A stretch of 64,000 bases of DNA from the IMG/VR virus record IMGVR_UViG_3300046703_000335, positions 62,001-126,000 of that record. One strand, written 5' to 3'. This document shows positions 46,735 to 57,590 of this stretch, one piece after another (within the stretch, counting starts at the first letter, position 1; each line of letters starts with the position of its first letter). Position numbers and translations under genes: made by a program. The notes beneath the pieces were generated by a model. The model worked only from the letters and a program-made list of their open reading frames with translations. It was not told the DNA's origin and searched no databases.

Positions 46735-47247
46735 TTATATCTTGTCTAAAGTCATATTTATACCTACAGTATAAGACCCATAGTCAAGGTAATTATGAGA
46801 GATAGATCGACCAGTTGCTCCATGAGTATCTCCTAAATCCCATTGCATTCCGGTATATTGATATCCGGTAGGAGCTAAACTATTATCATCAAGATATACT
46901 AATAAGGGTTTTTCTCCTCTTAAGGGTTCTCCAGAAAAATCCATTTTACCAAGAACCACAAGATGGCTGTCTATATCATCTATCTTATACCAATCATTAC
47001 CATTATTCATAATAGAAAAAATAACTTTATGATATCCATAAGTACGGTATGTGTGCTTTGGTTTTGGGATGTCACTATTAGTACCATCTCCAAAATCCCA
47101 ATAAAACTTTTTAGGCTCAAAACTTAATCCAGTATACCCAAATACATATTCTGATGGTATAACATCTATTATAGGAAAGCTCTCAGATATTAAGCCACCC
47201 GTGTCAGGATCAATTTTACTAATTAATACTATACCAGTCTCAGCCAT
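46735..47247 (-). CDS. protein with two PKD-like domains
   Basis: FYWDFGDG...PKHTY and MQWDLGD...SHNYLDYGSYTV. Confidence 0.8.
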   Translation of the reverse strand: MAETGIVLISKIDPDTGGLISESFPIIDVIPSEYVFGYTGLSFEPKKFYWDFGDGTNSDIPKPKHTYRTYGYHKVIFSIMNNGNDWYKIDDIDSHLVVLGKMDFSGEPLRGEKPLLVYLDDNSLAPTGYQYTGMQWDLGDTHGATGRSISHNYLDYGSYTVGINMTLDKI

Positions 47248-47272
47248 GGTAAACCTCTCTTATACCTTCTAT

Positions 47273-47929
47273 TTACAGAGTACCAAGATACCCCGCTTTA
47301 CCTCTACCTTCAGCATAATAGGAAGCTATGTCTTTATTAACCGCCCATATTCTTAATTCATCCATTTTCATAGTACTATTAAGTAATATATCAGTCCCGG
47401 TACCAGAGAATGTTATAGGGCTACTATTCTCAAATCTTATAACTTCAAGTTCTTTCAAATAATAGGAAAAACTTCCTACATACATTTTTCCAGTATATCT
47501 GTTAAAACCAATAAACGCCCAATTACCTGGTTCAGCTACTTTATTTTTGGATCTAAAGATATTATCATTATCCTCAAATACCAGATGAAAAGACTGATCA
47601 AGATATAATCTCCAGTAACATCCTGAAATTGTATCAAAAGATTGTGCTACGATGAAATCCGGAATGGGGATGTATGTGTCAACAATTATATAGCTACTTT
47701 TAGTAACTGAGTATTGATCTGCATTCGTTTGAGCTATTAAAATTACATCATATTCCCCAGGATAATAATAAGTATGGTTTATTGTCTGAAGATCACTTCC
47801 CTCAACAATAATACCATCTCCGAAAATCCATTTTCTATGTACTATAGTCAAATCCGTAGGATCATTAAAAGTCGTAGATAGATATCCAGATCCTGTCCTG
47901 TATGTTGCAACTATGTCCGGTTGTGTCAT
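47273..47929 (-). CDS. PKD plus LamG-like domain protein
   Basis: KWIFGDG...HTYYYPGEYDVIL; C-terminal GNWAFIG...MDELRIW. Confidence 0.75.
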   Translation of the reverse strand: MTQPDIVATYRTGSGYLSTTFNDPTDLTIVHRKWIFGDGIIVEGSDLQTINHTYYYPGEYDVILIAQTNADQYSVTKSSYIIVDTYIPIPDFIVAQSFDTISGCYWRLYLDQSFHLVFEDNDNIFRSKNKVAEPGNWAFIGFNRYTGKMYVGSFSYYLKELEVIRFENSSPITFSGTGTDILLNSTMKMDELRIWAVNKDIASYYAEGRGKAGYLGTL

Positions 47930-47934
47930 ATTAT

Positions 47935-49044
47935 TTATGCTATCGTTATTTGTTCAGATTTTATATGAGATCCTGCTGAGTTAGTCGCTGTCAATTTAAC
48001 CACATATATTCCAGTAGATCCAAAAGAGTGTGTTATTATTCCAGAGTTATAAATATACCCATCAATATCCCATGTAAGTGTCTTTGGTAAATACAACGAA
48101 GCATCCATAAATCTTATAGGGTATCCTACTATACCAGTATAAGTTTCATAAATAAAATCAGCTATTGGGGATTGATTAACATTTATCCATGCCTGTATAG
48201 TTCCTGTAAATCCGATATATTTATTATTACGATATCCGGATATCCCTCCACGATACTGTATACTGTGACAATTATCTATGATGCCTTCTTCAAGAGTAAG
48301 AACTGATTGACCTTGATCAATTATCTCTATAGAAGTACTTGACCCAGTTTCGTTATTAAAAATTATCCCTGTTAATCCTGCTCCAGTTGCACCCCACACA
48401 AGATCTCTTTCGTAAGAAGAATAATCAGTTAAATTTACATCATTAGTTTTAAATTTCAGATAAAGCAAGAGATCTAAATTTTGATATACTCCTGTTTCTC
48501 CTTGGATACCTGTAGATCCCATCATACCCACACAAGTGTCCCCTTGGATACCTGTATACCCAATTGGGCCTTCTATACCAGTATAACCCTGATAACCTGT
48601 ATACCCGTAAAATCCTGTATCACCTACTTTACCTTGAGCACCTCTATCACCTTGTATAAATTCCGAAGTAATCGCAAAGGTGGACATTTTTGAATATAAA
48701 TTTATCTTTTTTACTTCAAAACTGGATAAAGATTGCTGGAGTATAAACTGTCCAATAGGTAGGGCATTAGTTAAAGCATCACTATCGCATGAATCTATGT
48801 ATGATACAGATTTCTTAACTGTATCAAAGATAAATTTTCCAGTATCTATAGAATAATAGATATTTACAGCGGCATAATATCTTTTTTCCATTGGGATAAT
48901 AAAAAAAGATTGTTGTCTCAATGGTAAAACAATATTTACAATAGATACAATCTTATTATTATATAGTACATTTCCTATATTAATTATATAATCTATAGAG
49001 CCGTCAAAATTTTTACGCTCGAATATGTTATTTGCATTATCCAT
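47935..49044 (-). CDS. collagen-like (G-x-T) protein with C-terminal PKD
   Basis: GDTGFYGYTGYQGYTGIEG... repeat; LLLYLKF (LamG-like start); PIADF...HSF..TGIYVVKLTATN. Confidence 0.75.
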   Translation of the reverse strand: MDNANNIFERKNFDGSIDYIINIGNVLYNNKIVSIVNIVLPLRQQSFFIIPMEKRYYAAVNIYYSIDTGKFIFDTVKKSVSYIDSCDSDALTNALPIGQFILQQSLSSFEVKKINLYSKMSTFAITSEFIQGDRGAQGKVGDTGFYGYTGYQGYTGIEGPIGYTGIQGDTCVGMMGSTGIQGETGVYQNLDLLLYLKFKTNDVNLTDYSSYERDLVWGATGAGLTGIIFNNETGSSTSIEIIDQGQSVLTLEEGIIDNCHSIQYRGGISGYRNNKYIGFTGTIQAWINVNQSPIADFIYETYTGIVGYPIRFMDASLYLPKTLTWDIDGYIYNSGIITHSFGSTGIYVVKLTATNSAGSHIKSEQITIA

Positions 49045-49050
49045 AAGATA

Positions 49051-52000
49051 TTATTTCCGAACAATAGGCTTATTAATTAGTCTATACATCGCTATTGATG
49101 TATCAACATTTTCTACATATCCTGGAAGATATTCTGTACCGGTATCCTCATAAAATCCAGTTTTGTTTTCATTTCTTGCTCTATAAGTTTTACTAAATAT
49201 AACCAGTATAAGCTCCCCCCTCAAGAAAGGATACGTCATTTTAGATCTTATTCGAGCCAAAAATGGTATAAAAACTTTTCTCGGTGTAGATATAGTAAGA
49301 TCTTCACAATGAGATATAATATCAGAAGAACATTCCCTATAATATGGTCTACCTAACTTATCCCCCACATTATTGGGTTGAGAAAAAGTAAGATCATCCC
49401 CTACATATTGAGAAACTATAGCGGGTAATTTCACAAAACCCGTATCAATTCTGAAGTTAGAAAAATCAAGATCATCTACATTAGAAAAAAAGTTATCATT
49501 AAATACTTCATCCGAATTAACTGGGATATGTTCTGCTGGTACAGCATAGGGTTCCCCGGGAATAAGATCACTGGATCCCGTTCCTAAATTTGTAATATAG
49601 ACAAAATCTGAATTTTTAATAATCTCAACGGTCATCTCACTCGGTAAATTAGCTACAGACTGGTAAGGAACATATTTATAAAAGACCGATGAGACCGGGG
49701 TATTGGTGATACCCGGAAGAGTGTTTAACTTAATCAAAAGAGGAATAAGAATAGTACCTGATGTAACTGACTTTCTACCATCAAAAGTCAATACAATAAT
49801 AGATGTCCCTAAACCTGTAACACTGGCAATAGGTATCATTGAATAATAATCTACACCAGTAGAAGGTTTATACCATGCATACTGCTGCATAGTATTATCT
49901 CGTACATTACAAGAACTTATACCCAAAATTGAGCCATTAACTAACCCACTCGGTACGCCAGGACCATCTATTATAGAAATAGTAGCATTTGACCCACCGA
50001 TAGTACTGGCTTGATATAGAACACCTACATACATGCCTGAAACTGCTCTGGATGCAATATTGAAATTTGCGGAGAAAGAAGTCCTTAGAGCTTCCTGATT
50101 TTCACCAGTTGCCTTTACCGTAATACCTATATTTGGATTAGTCCCTCCAACTGCATCACCAGTAACAATAGCTTCCAGAACAACTTCAACAACAGAATTT
50201 CCAGGAATAGTAAAAGCAGGATCAAGATATATAACCAAGTTGCTTGTATCGGAGTCCTCCCGATCTCTCATAGTGAGATTATTCTGATAATCAATCCCAA
50301 CTTTATAAACTGATCCATTTACATTTTTAATCGATTGTACCCCATAAACTGCATATCCATTAATATTTTTAGGAATACGCAGAATATCTGTCACAACAGT
50401 AGTCTTAAGATAATAATGGTAGATAACCAAAGAGCCTTTATACTGCTGACCCTTAAACTTTTTAAAACCCCTTTGATAATCTTGATCACTATGAATTTCA
50501 TACCCAACCAAGTCATATAGAGCTCGATCATCCGGATTATCTTGAATAATTTTTGCAGAATATAATTCAGTATAATCATGGTATCCCGGGACATTTTCAG
50601 GTAATTCTTCCAGGATCTTTATAGGTATTCTGGAATTTATACCATTGAAATATATTGAGGTATTTGGATTACTCGACACTGGTCTATATTTTATTGCAAT
50701 AGGATTCTGTGGAACTCTACTAAGACCTACCTTAGAATAATCCATATAATTTGCTGTTATAACATAAGTCACACCTTCAAGATCTCCCCCGGCAGGAGCA
50801 AAATTATCTTCAATATGAAAAATAACTTTATTTGTACCATATCCTTCGAAAGTTCCATTTACTGGTTCATTAGTAAGTACTCCATCTCGACTTATATATG
50901 CTGAATAATATGAGGGATCATTATGGTATAATCCTATATCGATAGGACCAAAAGTTAATTCTGCAGTAGTTATTTGGATATTAGGGTCAAGGATTTTTTG
51001 ATCTGCCACGATAACAGCTGCAGAAGATACTCCTCCTCTTACTAAGTTCTGGTTATCTGTGATACCCGTATAAGTATCTACCATCATCATAATAGTACCA
51101 TATTGAAGACCCTGCTGATCTTTATCACTCAAATTAGTATTGAGCGTATTAGCTAATAGCTTTTCAAGATTTTTTTCCAGGAAATAGCTATAGGATTGGA
51201 TATTTATCTGTCTACGAATATCAACGATATCATCCTGGATAATATGGTTGTATGTCAATCCATCCGGTCTTATTGCCCCGATATTAAAATCTGTAGAGCC
51301 ATTTATATTGCTATCTACATTAAATGCTGCTGAATTTCTTCTGGTAACAAAAAACATAGGAATAGCCCAACTATACCCGTCATAGGTGCTACGGCATCTT
51401 GAACGCCATAATCCATAATCACCATTCTCTTCACCCATATTTACAAAAGTATAACTGCCTGCATCATTAGAATTAAGATTAGGACCAAGGCTATATACAA
51501 AATCATGACCAATACCAGCTTCAGTATATATGTAAGGGTCAACTCCTTCAGCTATTCTTATTCGATATTGAATTTGAACTCGTTTAGTAGTTTCCGTACC
51601 AACTTGAGGATCAATGATATTATCAGGGAGATATTCTTCCGCACCAGAAAGTACGTTACCTTCAGGATATATTCTTCCTACAGATTTTGTTATTAAATCT
51701 GTATCCTGAGTTTCAGCAGACCCATTCGAATAATATGCTATATACCCGTCTGATCCGCAGAACCATCCCTTATTAGTCTCAAATAGAAATGCATCTTTAA
51801 GGTCAGCACCGATACCTAATTCAAGTATTGTCCATTTAGCCCCACTATTGCTACTATACAATACGATACCATAATCACCAGCAATCCATACTTTATCTTC
51901 AACTGAAAAGGATATTTGAGCTGGAGTAATGCTAGAAAAACTTCCATAAGATGGTCTAAAATCAGAAGGCTGACCAAAGGGTTCATAATCTATAGCTGCT

Positions 52001-53457
52001 TCAAAAACCCTCACCTTTTCACGTTCACTGTTCGGTAAAGATGCATCAGATAGTTTATAAGGGCTGAGTATCTGATTGATTGCATTTCTAAGCTCTTCCG
52101 AATTTGCATACTGATCGAGATCAAGAACATTAATGTAATTGATATTATCCTGTACTCCTGAATATTCCAAAACAAGTGAATTTGGATACGTATTTGGAGA
52201 AATCTTATATATAAGATTTTTAAAGAAATTTCTGGAGCTAGGGTAAACAGCAATAGTGAATTTTATAGCAAACTCACGCTTGATATAAACTTTATTTAGT
52301 TTGTTAACTCTATCCGGAAATATCTCAGATATAGTCTTATATGCACCATTGTACCAGATTCTATCTGACATCTCAGACCATGAAAAGCCACTATCAGAAG
52401 TACGGAAAATTCTTCCATCATCAGAAGATGCTACTCCATCATTTAAATTAAAAAATGCCATAGAAGTAATATTTGAAGTTATAGTAACACCTAATGCCAC
52501 ATTAATCATATTAAATCTCTGCCAGATATTACCTCCATCTTTTGTCATAAGGAGAGTGCCCTTATCTCCGGAAGCCCATCCTACAGCGACATCATAGAAG
52601 TATATAGTGCTAAGATTTTCAGTAACACTTGAAGTCTGTGACGAGAGTACAAAATTTGTACCATCTATAGATAGAAGAATAGTTCCATTATCCCCTACTA
52701 TACAGACATTCTGGTCATTTATAATAAAAATATTATTCAAATTATCTACTATTGGAGTTTCAATAGAAAACCATGTTTCTCCCCCATCCAATGTCTTGAT
52801 AATCACACCACCATTACCAACAGCATATCCCAAGTAAAGATCAAAAAAACTTACCTTATTAAATTTAACATTAACTGGGGTCTCAATAGATATCCAATTT
52901 ATTCCCCCGTCAATAGTTTTAAGAATGGTACCAGTATCTCCTACAGCCCAGCCAATATTTTCATTATACATCCAGATACCATTAAGAGTACTTACTTTAG
53001 ATATAGGCTGCGGTTTTGCAACTCCTTCTAATGATTCTGATGTAGTGCCCTGAGGAGAAACTATAGATCTCCAAACTTCAAGAAATACTCCATCTACTCT
53101 AGCACCCGATCGTATAGAATCATCAAAAGCGACATTATTGACATGACGTAATGGAGTATTGGTATTAGTAACATATACAGGCCATCCATTTACCATAGCC
53201 ACTTCAGGTTTGGCACCATTTGGATCCTGAGTATAGAAGCTATTATTAAAATCATTAGAGGTATAAACCGGTCGATAGCTTAACCAACCCGAGGGGAGAT
53301 GAGCTGTAGATTTCCGGGTAAGTATCTCTTGAAATTCTTGAGCATTATTGAGCTCAACATCTAATGCAGGTTTACCCTCTTGAAAAACGACTTTATCAAA
53401 AGCATACCCTAAACCCTCATAAGAGGTTGAGATGTCTTCTCCATGGTTAATAGCCAT
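49051..53457 (-). CDS. large tail/baseplate protein with YCF48/BNR (Asp-box) beta-propeller insert
   Basis: Repeated GWAVGD.GTILKT.DGG.(N/T)W; flanking motifs shared with 25769-28978. Confidence 0.8.
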   Translation of the reverse strand: MAINHGEDISTSYEGLGYAFDKVVFQEGKPALDVELNNAQEFQEILTRKSTAHLPSGWLSYRPVYTSNDFNNSFYTQDPNGAKPEVAMVNGWPVYVTNTNTPLRHVNNVAFDDSIRSGARVDGVFLEVWRSIVSPQGTTSESLEGVAKPQPISKVSTLNGIWMYNENIGWAVGDTGTILKTIDGGINWISIETPVNVKFNKVSFFDLYLGYAVGNGGVIIKTLDGGETWFSIETPIVDNLNNIFIINDQNVCIVGDNGTILLSIDGTNFVLSSQTSSVTENLSTIYFYDVAVGWASGDKGTLLMTKDGGNIWQRFNMINVALGVTITSNITSMAFFNLNDGVASSDDGRIFRTSDSGFSWSEMSDRIWYNGAYKTISEIFPDRVNKLNKVYIKREFAIKFTIAVYPSSRNFFKNLIYKISPNTYPNSLVLEYSGVQDNINYINVLDLDQYANSEELRNAINQILSPYKLSDASLPNSEREKVRVFEAAIDYEPFGQPSDFRPSYGSFSSITPAQISFSVEDKVWIAGDYGIVLYSSNSGAKWTILELGIGADLKDAFLFETNKGWFCGSDGYIAYYSNGSAETQDTDLITKSVGRIYPEGNVLSGAEEYLPDNIIDPQVGTETTKRVQIQYRIRIAEGVDPYIYTEAGIGHDFVYSLGPNLNSNDAGSYTFVNMGEENGDYGLWRSRCRSTYDGYSWAIPMFFVTRRNSAAFNVDSNINGSTDFNIGAIRPDGLTYNHIIQDDIVDIRRQINIQSYSYFLEKNLEKLLANTLNTNLSDKDQQGLQYGTIMMMVDTYTGITDNQNLVRGGVSSAAVIVADQKILDPNIQITTAELTFGPIDIGLYHNDPSYYSAYISRDGVLTNEPVNGTFEGYGTNKVIFHIEDNFAPAGGDLEGVTYVITANYMDYSKVGLSRVPQNPIAIKYRPVSSNPNTSIYFNGINSRIPIKILEELPENVPGYHDYTELYSAKIIQDNPDDRALYDLVGYEIHSDQDYQRGFKKFKGQQYKGSLVIYHYYLKTTVVTDILRIPKNINGYAVYGVQSIKNVNGSVYKVGIDYQNNLTMRDREDSDTSNLVIYLDPAFTIPGNSVVEVVLEAIVTGDAVGGTNPNIGITVKATGENQEALRTSFSANFNIASRAVSGMYVGVLYQASTIGGSNATISIIDGPGVPSGLVNGSILGISSCNVRDNTMQQYAWYKPSTGVDYYSMIPIASVTGLGTSIIVLTFDGRKSVTSGTILIPLLIKLNTLPGITNTPVSSVFYKYVPYQSVANLPSEMTVEIIKNSDFVYITNLGTGSSDLIPGEPYAVPAEHIPVNSDEVFNDNFFSNVDDLDFSNFRIDTGFVKLPAIVSQYVGDDLTFSQPNNVGDKLGRPYYRECSSDIISHCEDLTISTPRKVFIPFLARIRSKMTYPFLRGELILVIFSKTYRARNENKTGFYEDTGTEYLPGYVENVDTSIAMYRLINKPIVRK

Positions 53458-53460
53458 ACG

Positions 53461-56400
53461 TTAAAATCCCCGTTTGTTTACTTTTTCATCAATAATTTCT
53501 ATATCCCTCAGACTAATATTATCTATATCAAGATATTCTATTTCAGAGGTGTCTAAATCACCAACTGGATTTTCATCTGCTGGATAATATGTGAAATATG
53601 AAACTTTATAGAATTTAGTTTGAGGAGGTGCACCATCCGTAGTACTTACTATGATTTTTCCATCTGATTGAATATAAGCTCTTCCCGCTCCCTTTGATAC
53701 ATCTATGGGTGAAGACACAAGAGTGAGAGGAATATTGTTTTCATAAACTCCTCTGAAATAATTTGGGTCTCCGCCATTATCCGATGTCTTATAAGTTAGA
53801 ACTTTATCAATACTCCTATAAGATGTTATACCTGAAGCACTGGCTTTATTATACGTCTCAAATGTAGCATAGCCAACGGGGTCAAGTGGGATAAAAGAGC
53901 CATTCCTTTTCATCATTCGAGTAAAAGGTATTCTGATATCCTTCACACCATCAACACCACGTACAACACCTGACACAGAACTTTGTGTTAATGTCTCTCC
54001 CATTTTAAGTCGTGAAACATAGTTTGAAATAGCGGTCACAATTCTTGACTTAAGAAGATTAATATCAGTACCAGTTTTTCGTACTATTACAAAACTTATA
54101 TCCGCAAAATTTCTTATAGATTGTTTAGTAATAACATCGCCACAAGCATGCTTCATTATATCAATTTTTGCCTGAACTTGCTGTATTAAATTATTAGTAA
54201 TAAAAGTTACATTAAAATTCTCACTAGCCCTATATGAAACAGCTACTCTGTCTCCATGTCTTATCTTACTATGATATAAAAGTTCAAGGTAAGTATATGC
54301 AATATCACTCCCCAGATCAATAGCATAATCTATATCTTTTAGATAGGCAGTCCCGCCACCTATAGGAGTAACGACTATTGAAGCAGCATCTACTCCTTTT
54401 AAAACCAATTTTGCTGGAGTATCATAGAGCATATCATGCTCTTCATTTGATATAGTAATAAATTCCTGGATATTATCGGATTCATTAAAAAAGAATTTCA
54501 CAGCATCTTTAGCAATACTTGAATTACCATTGAGTATAGGGTCTTCATATTTTACCAAGCGATATTTTGATGTATCAATAGTTGCTCCTGCAGAAGTAGT
54601 TACAGACACTATTGAGTCTACTGGCTGCTGAGAAAGAACCAGCATATTTGAACTTCTATATAAATATGCTACTTCAACTATATCAAAAGTAGCCAAACCT
54701 ATATTTAAATTCTGCTGATTTTTATCTAATAAAATTGTGTCACCTTCCCCAATTATTTGTAGGTTAGATAAAGAATAATCTTTTCCTCGTGTAATATTTC
54801 TTACTTTATTTACTGCCACTATTGGATTATCTACGCTAACTTTTTGATTCTTACTTCTTAATCTGAAATCTGTTGCATCCGAGATATAAAATGTTTCCCC
54901 GACTTTATTACCGTAGGAATCAGTTGGGTATTCATAGCTAAAAGCAACTTGATCAACCATTTGCATAAACTTAGTACCTCTAACATGCACATCAACCTTA
55001 CCACCTATGTGACGATTATCTACAGGATCATAATCCCTCATCATTAGAGAATCCCCAGCTATTTCCACTCGTGCCTGTACAACCCCAGGAACATCCATAG
55101 CTGTTGAATTATACCCACCTTCTGTTCCTGAATCATATTCTAATTTTGCAACTTTTATCCTATCTGTAAGCTGCTGATTTGTCTCCCTATCATTACCATA
55201 TCTTGTTGGAATTTCATTTATGACTCGTAAACTCGGAGAAACGTTTAATGCAACAGTGATAGCTTCTGCTGGGACATCCCCTGATTTCCCTGGTGATTGG
55301 GCTACTATATCTGTTTGAATCTCATAACGCTTCAATGTAGGATTATAATAAGTATCTGGGTTAGCTGCGCTTAGTATCTTAGTACCTACTACTGCAAAAG
55401 ATATTGAACCAATACTACTGCTATAATCAGGGGCTGTTGATACAATGGTATTATCGGCGATTATAATATCATTTGTAGGACGAATCTCTGTATAGAAAAG
55501 TACTAATCCAGTGGATTTAGTAGATCCTTTTCTTTCAAGATTATAGTTAGAAGCATATTTATTAAACTGTTCATCTATAAGTAATTGAAGATTACTCGAA
55601 TCGGTAAGACCAAGAGCTGCTGCTAAAGCTCTCTTACGAGGATTAGTAGAAATTGGGTCACTTATACCATCCCCATCAGCATCATCAAAAGCTATTAGAG
55701 TATCTAAAGATAAACACGAGAAAATAAAATCCTGGATAACATATACTTTTTCAAATTCAAGAGCCACAGGATCAGAAATATCTCGGATAACTGATCCTGG
55801 AACAATATTAATCTGATCATTATTGACCATCATCTCTCTTGATATAGAGAAAAGAATATCACTCCTGGATCTTTTAGGTAAATTTTGATAATCAGTTGTA
55901 TATGTAAGAAACTGTCCTTCTAATTCTTGAGAATATGGGCTCTCTACTAATTGATTTAGAGCTTTATCAAAAGTTCTCACTGTTGTTACTATATAGTATA
56001 TGATATCACTACTGATTGTTTGACCATCTGATAAAAAGATATTTGATATTTTATTTTGTTGGACTAATTTAGCCAATACAGTTTTATCTAAATTAAATGT
56101 ATAGTATTCAGTAGAAACTTGATTACTTCTTGTAGTAGTTACCGTGATATTATTGACAGTATCCTCGTAAGATGTGGTATTCAATAGCACATCTTCAGTT
56201 TCTGATTCATCCACATTTGTAATAGGAACATCATTCATAAGTACATATTCTGTACCAGGAACCATACTCATATAAAAGTTACAACCAGAAAAATCATTAT
56301 CAAGATTAAGTACAATACTGGAAGAAGGTATAAGAATTTTTAAATAATCTTTATATCTTCTCATCTTAATACCTGTAACAGGATTAGCAGATGCAGTGAT

Positions 56401-56820
56401 ATTATTCTCTGTAGTTATATTCGCAATAATCCTGGAATATACACTGGAATCTAAAACTTCTCCGATATGTGAGATTACGTTATTTACCTTATACGCCTTG
56501 AAATCGATAGTAAGCACGTCATCAACTAATAGCTCAAAAATACCTTCAGAAAAAAATGACCAAGGAATAGAGGTAACAACTGTATTTGATGTCCCTATAC
56601 CCATATTATCAGTGGATTCTATGGACCAAATCCCAGGAACTCCTCCACGATCAATTTTATATCGATATTTTACTATGATTATTGTGCCCTGTTCAATTTC
56701 CCCGGGGACAACTGGGACATATCCTGATATAGTCTGTATGAGAGCATCAGAATAATAAACCTGATCCCCTGTGGCAGACCAGTTCGTTTTAGGATATAAG
56801 ATTATAGGTGCAGGAATCAT
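53461..56820 (-). CDS. baseplate J/gp6-like wedge protein
   Basis: PGSVIRD, ASNYNLERKG, A...G..G.V.A..I, G.DRET...L..RI, SGTEGGY...VPGV, GGKVDVHV. Confidence 0.85.
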   Translation of the reverse strand: MIPAPIILYPKTNWSATGDQVYYSDALIQTISGYVPVVPGEIEQGTIIIVKYRYKIDRGGVPGIWSIESTDNMGIGTSNTVVTSIPWSFFSEGIFELLVDDVLTIDFKAYKVNNVISHIGEVLDSSVYSRIIANITTENNITASANPVTGIKMRRYKDYLKILIPSSSIVLNLDNDFSGCNFYMSMVPGTEYVLMNDVPITNVDESETEDVLLNTTSYEDTVNNITVTTTRSNQVSTEYYTFNLDKTVLAKLVQQNKISNIFLSDGQTISSDIIYYIVTTVRTFDKALNQLVESPYSQELEGQFLTYTTDYQNLPKRSRSDILFSISREMMVNNDQINIVPGSVIRDISDPVALEFEKVYVIQDFIFSCLSLDTLIAFDDADGDGISDPISTNPRKRALAAALGLTDSSNLQLLIDEQFNKYASNYNLERKGSTKSTGLVLFYTEIRPTNDIIIADNTIVSTAPDYSSSIGSISFAVVGTKILSAANPDTYYNPTLKRYEIQTDIVAQSPGKSGDVPAEAITVALNVSPSLRVINEIPTRYGNDRETNQQLTDRIKVAKLEYDSGTEGGYNSTAMDVPGVVQARVEIAGDSLMMRDYDPVDNRHIGGKVDVHVRGTKFMQMVDQVAFSYEYPTDSYGNKVGETFYISDATDFRLRSKNQKVSVDNPIVAVNKVRNITRGKDYSLSNLQIIGEGDTILLDKNQQNLNIGLATFDIVEVAYLYRSSNMLVLSQQPVDSIVSVTTSAGATIDTSKYRLVKYEDPILNGNSSIAKDAVKFFFNESDNIQEFITISNEEHDMLYDTPAKLVLKGVDAASIVVTPIGGGTAYLKDIDYAIDLGSDIAYTYLELLYHSKIRHGDRVAVSYRASENFNVTFITNNLIQQVQAKIDIMKHACGDVITKQSIRNFADISFVIVRKTGTDINLLKSRIVTAISNYVSRLKMGETLTQSSVSGVVRGVDGVKDIRIPFTRMMKRNGSFIPLDPVGYATFETYNKASASGITSYRSIDKVLTYKTSDNGGDPNYFRGVYENNIPLTLVSSPIDVSKGAGRAYIQSDGKIIVSTTDGAPPQTKFYKVSYFTYYPADENPVGDLDTSEIEYLDIDNISLRDIEIIDEKVNKRGF

Positions 56821-56823
56821 ACG

Positions 56824-57570
56824 TTAATAAACCAATCGTTGTCTTGTAAGGGCATTCATACTCAAATATTGTGAGTATTCTATTGGATTGTTACTCTGTG
56901 ATGTAAATGTCACTGTAACCAATATCAAAGTTGGGTCGTCAGTTTCAGTTATATCAATTTTTAAAAGCTTACCAAAAAGCTCCCCAGGTTCAAATTTTCT
57001 CCCAGAAGCTTGCATTTGCTTTTGGACAGTTCTAAGCTTATCTATAGCAGAACTTATCTGTTCACGAATTCGAGTATATAAAAGTTGTCTATCAGATATC
57101 TTTGTACCAATCAAGGAATAAAGATCTGTACCATACCATGAATGAAAAACATTAGAAGAAATCTTTGTAATTATAATTTTTTCTAACTGCTGAAGAAGTA
57201 ATATCTCTTTGGATATTACTTCGATATCCCCACGCCCATTAATTAGCAAGTCATCGACAGTTTTCACACCAAGACATTTCGGGCAGGTATCTGATAAAGT
57301 CACATATAAGAATTCTATGATAGGATCAAAGTTCTTAATCTTATTATTAAATTCGATATTTGAAGTAACTATAAGAGTCATTGCCTGTCGAATACTCTTA
57401 ATAGTATACGTCGAATATGGATATACAACCCCATTTATGCGAACCCTTAAGGAAGTAGCTGATGCCAGGGGGTATGGTAAATATACCGTCTTCCTGTCCA
57501 TTTCAAGCTGCGCCCGAGCCCATAAAATCTTATGATCACAATAATTTTGTAGTTTAACATCGTATGACAT
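56824..57570 (-). CDS. baseplate gp25/W-like protein
   Basis: LLQQLEKIIIT..SSN.FHSWYGTDLYSLIG...DPT.I.V.V pattern; directly upstream of baseplate J. Confidence 0.75.
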   Translation of the reverse strand: MSYDVKLQNYCDHKILWARAQLEMDRKTVYLPYPLASATSLRVRINGVVYPYSTYTIKSIRQAMTLIVTSNIEFNNKIKNFDPIIEFLYVTLSDTCPKCLGVKTVDDLLINGRGDIEVISKEILLLQQLEKIIITKISSNVFHSWYGTDLYSLIGTKISDRQLLYTRIREQISSAIDKLRTVQKQMQASGRKFEPGELFGKLLKIDITETDDPTLILVTVTFTSQSNNPIEYSQYLSMNALTRQRLVY

Positions 57571-57590
57571 AATAATTAGCCGAAGATAAT

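Noticed and set aside
36635-49044. Diversity-generating retroelement acting on the PKD or fibre genes
   Set aside because: No reverse transcriptase, and the repeats are all in-frame coding copies with no non-coding template showing adenine-specific differences.
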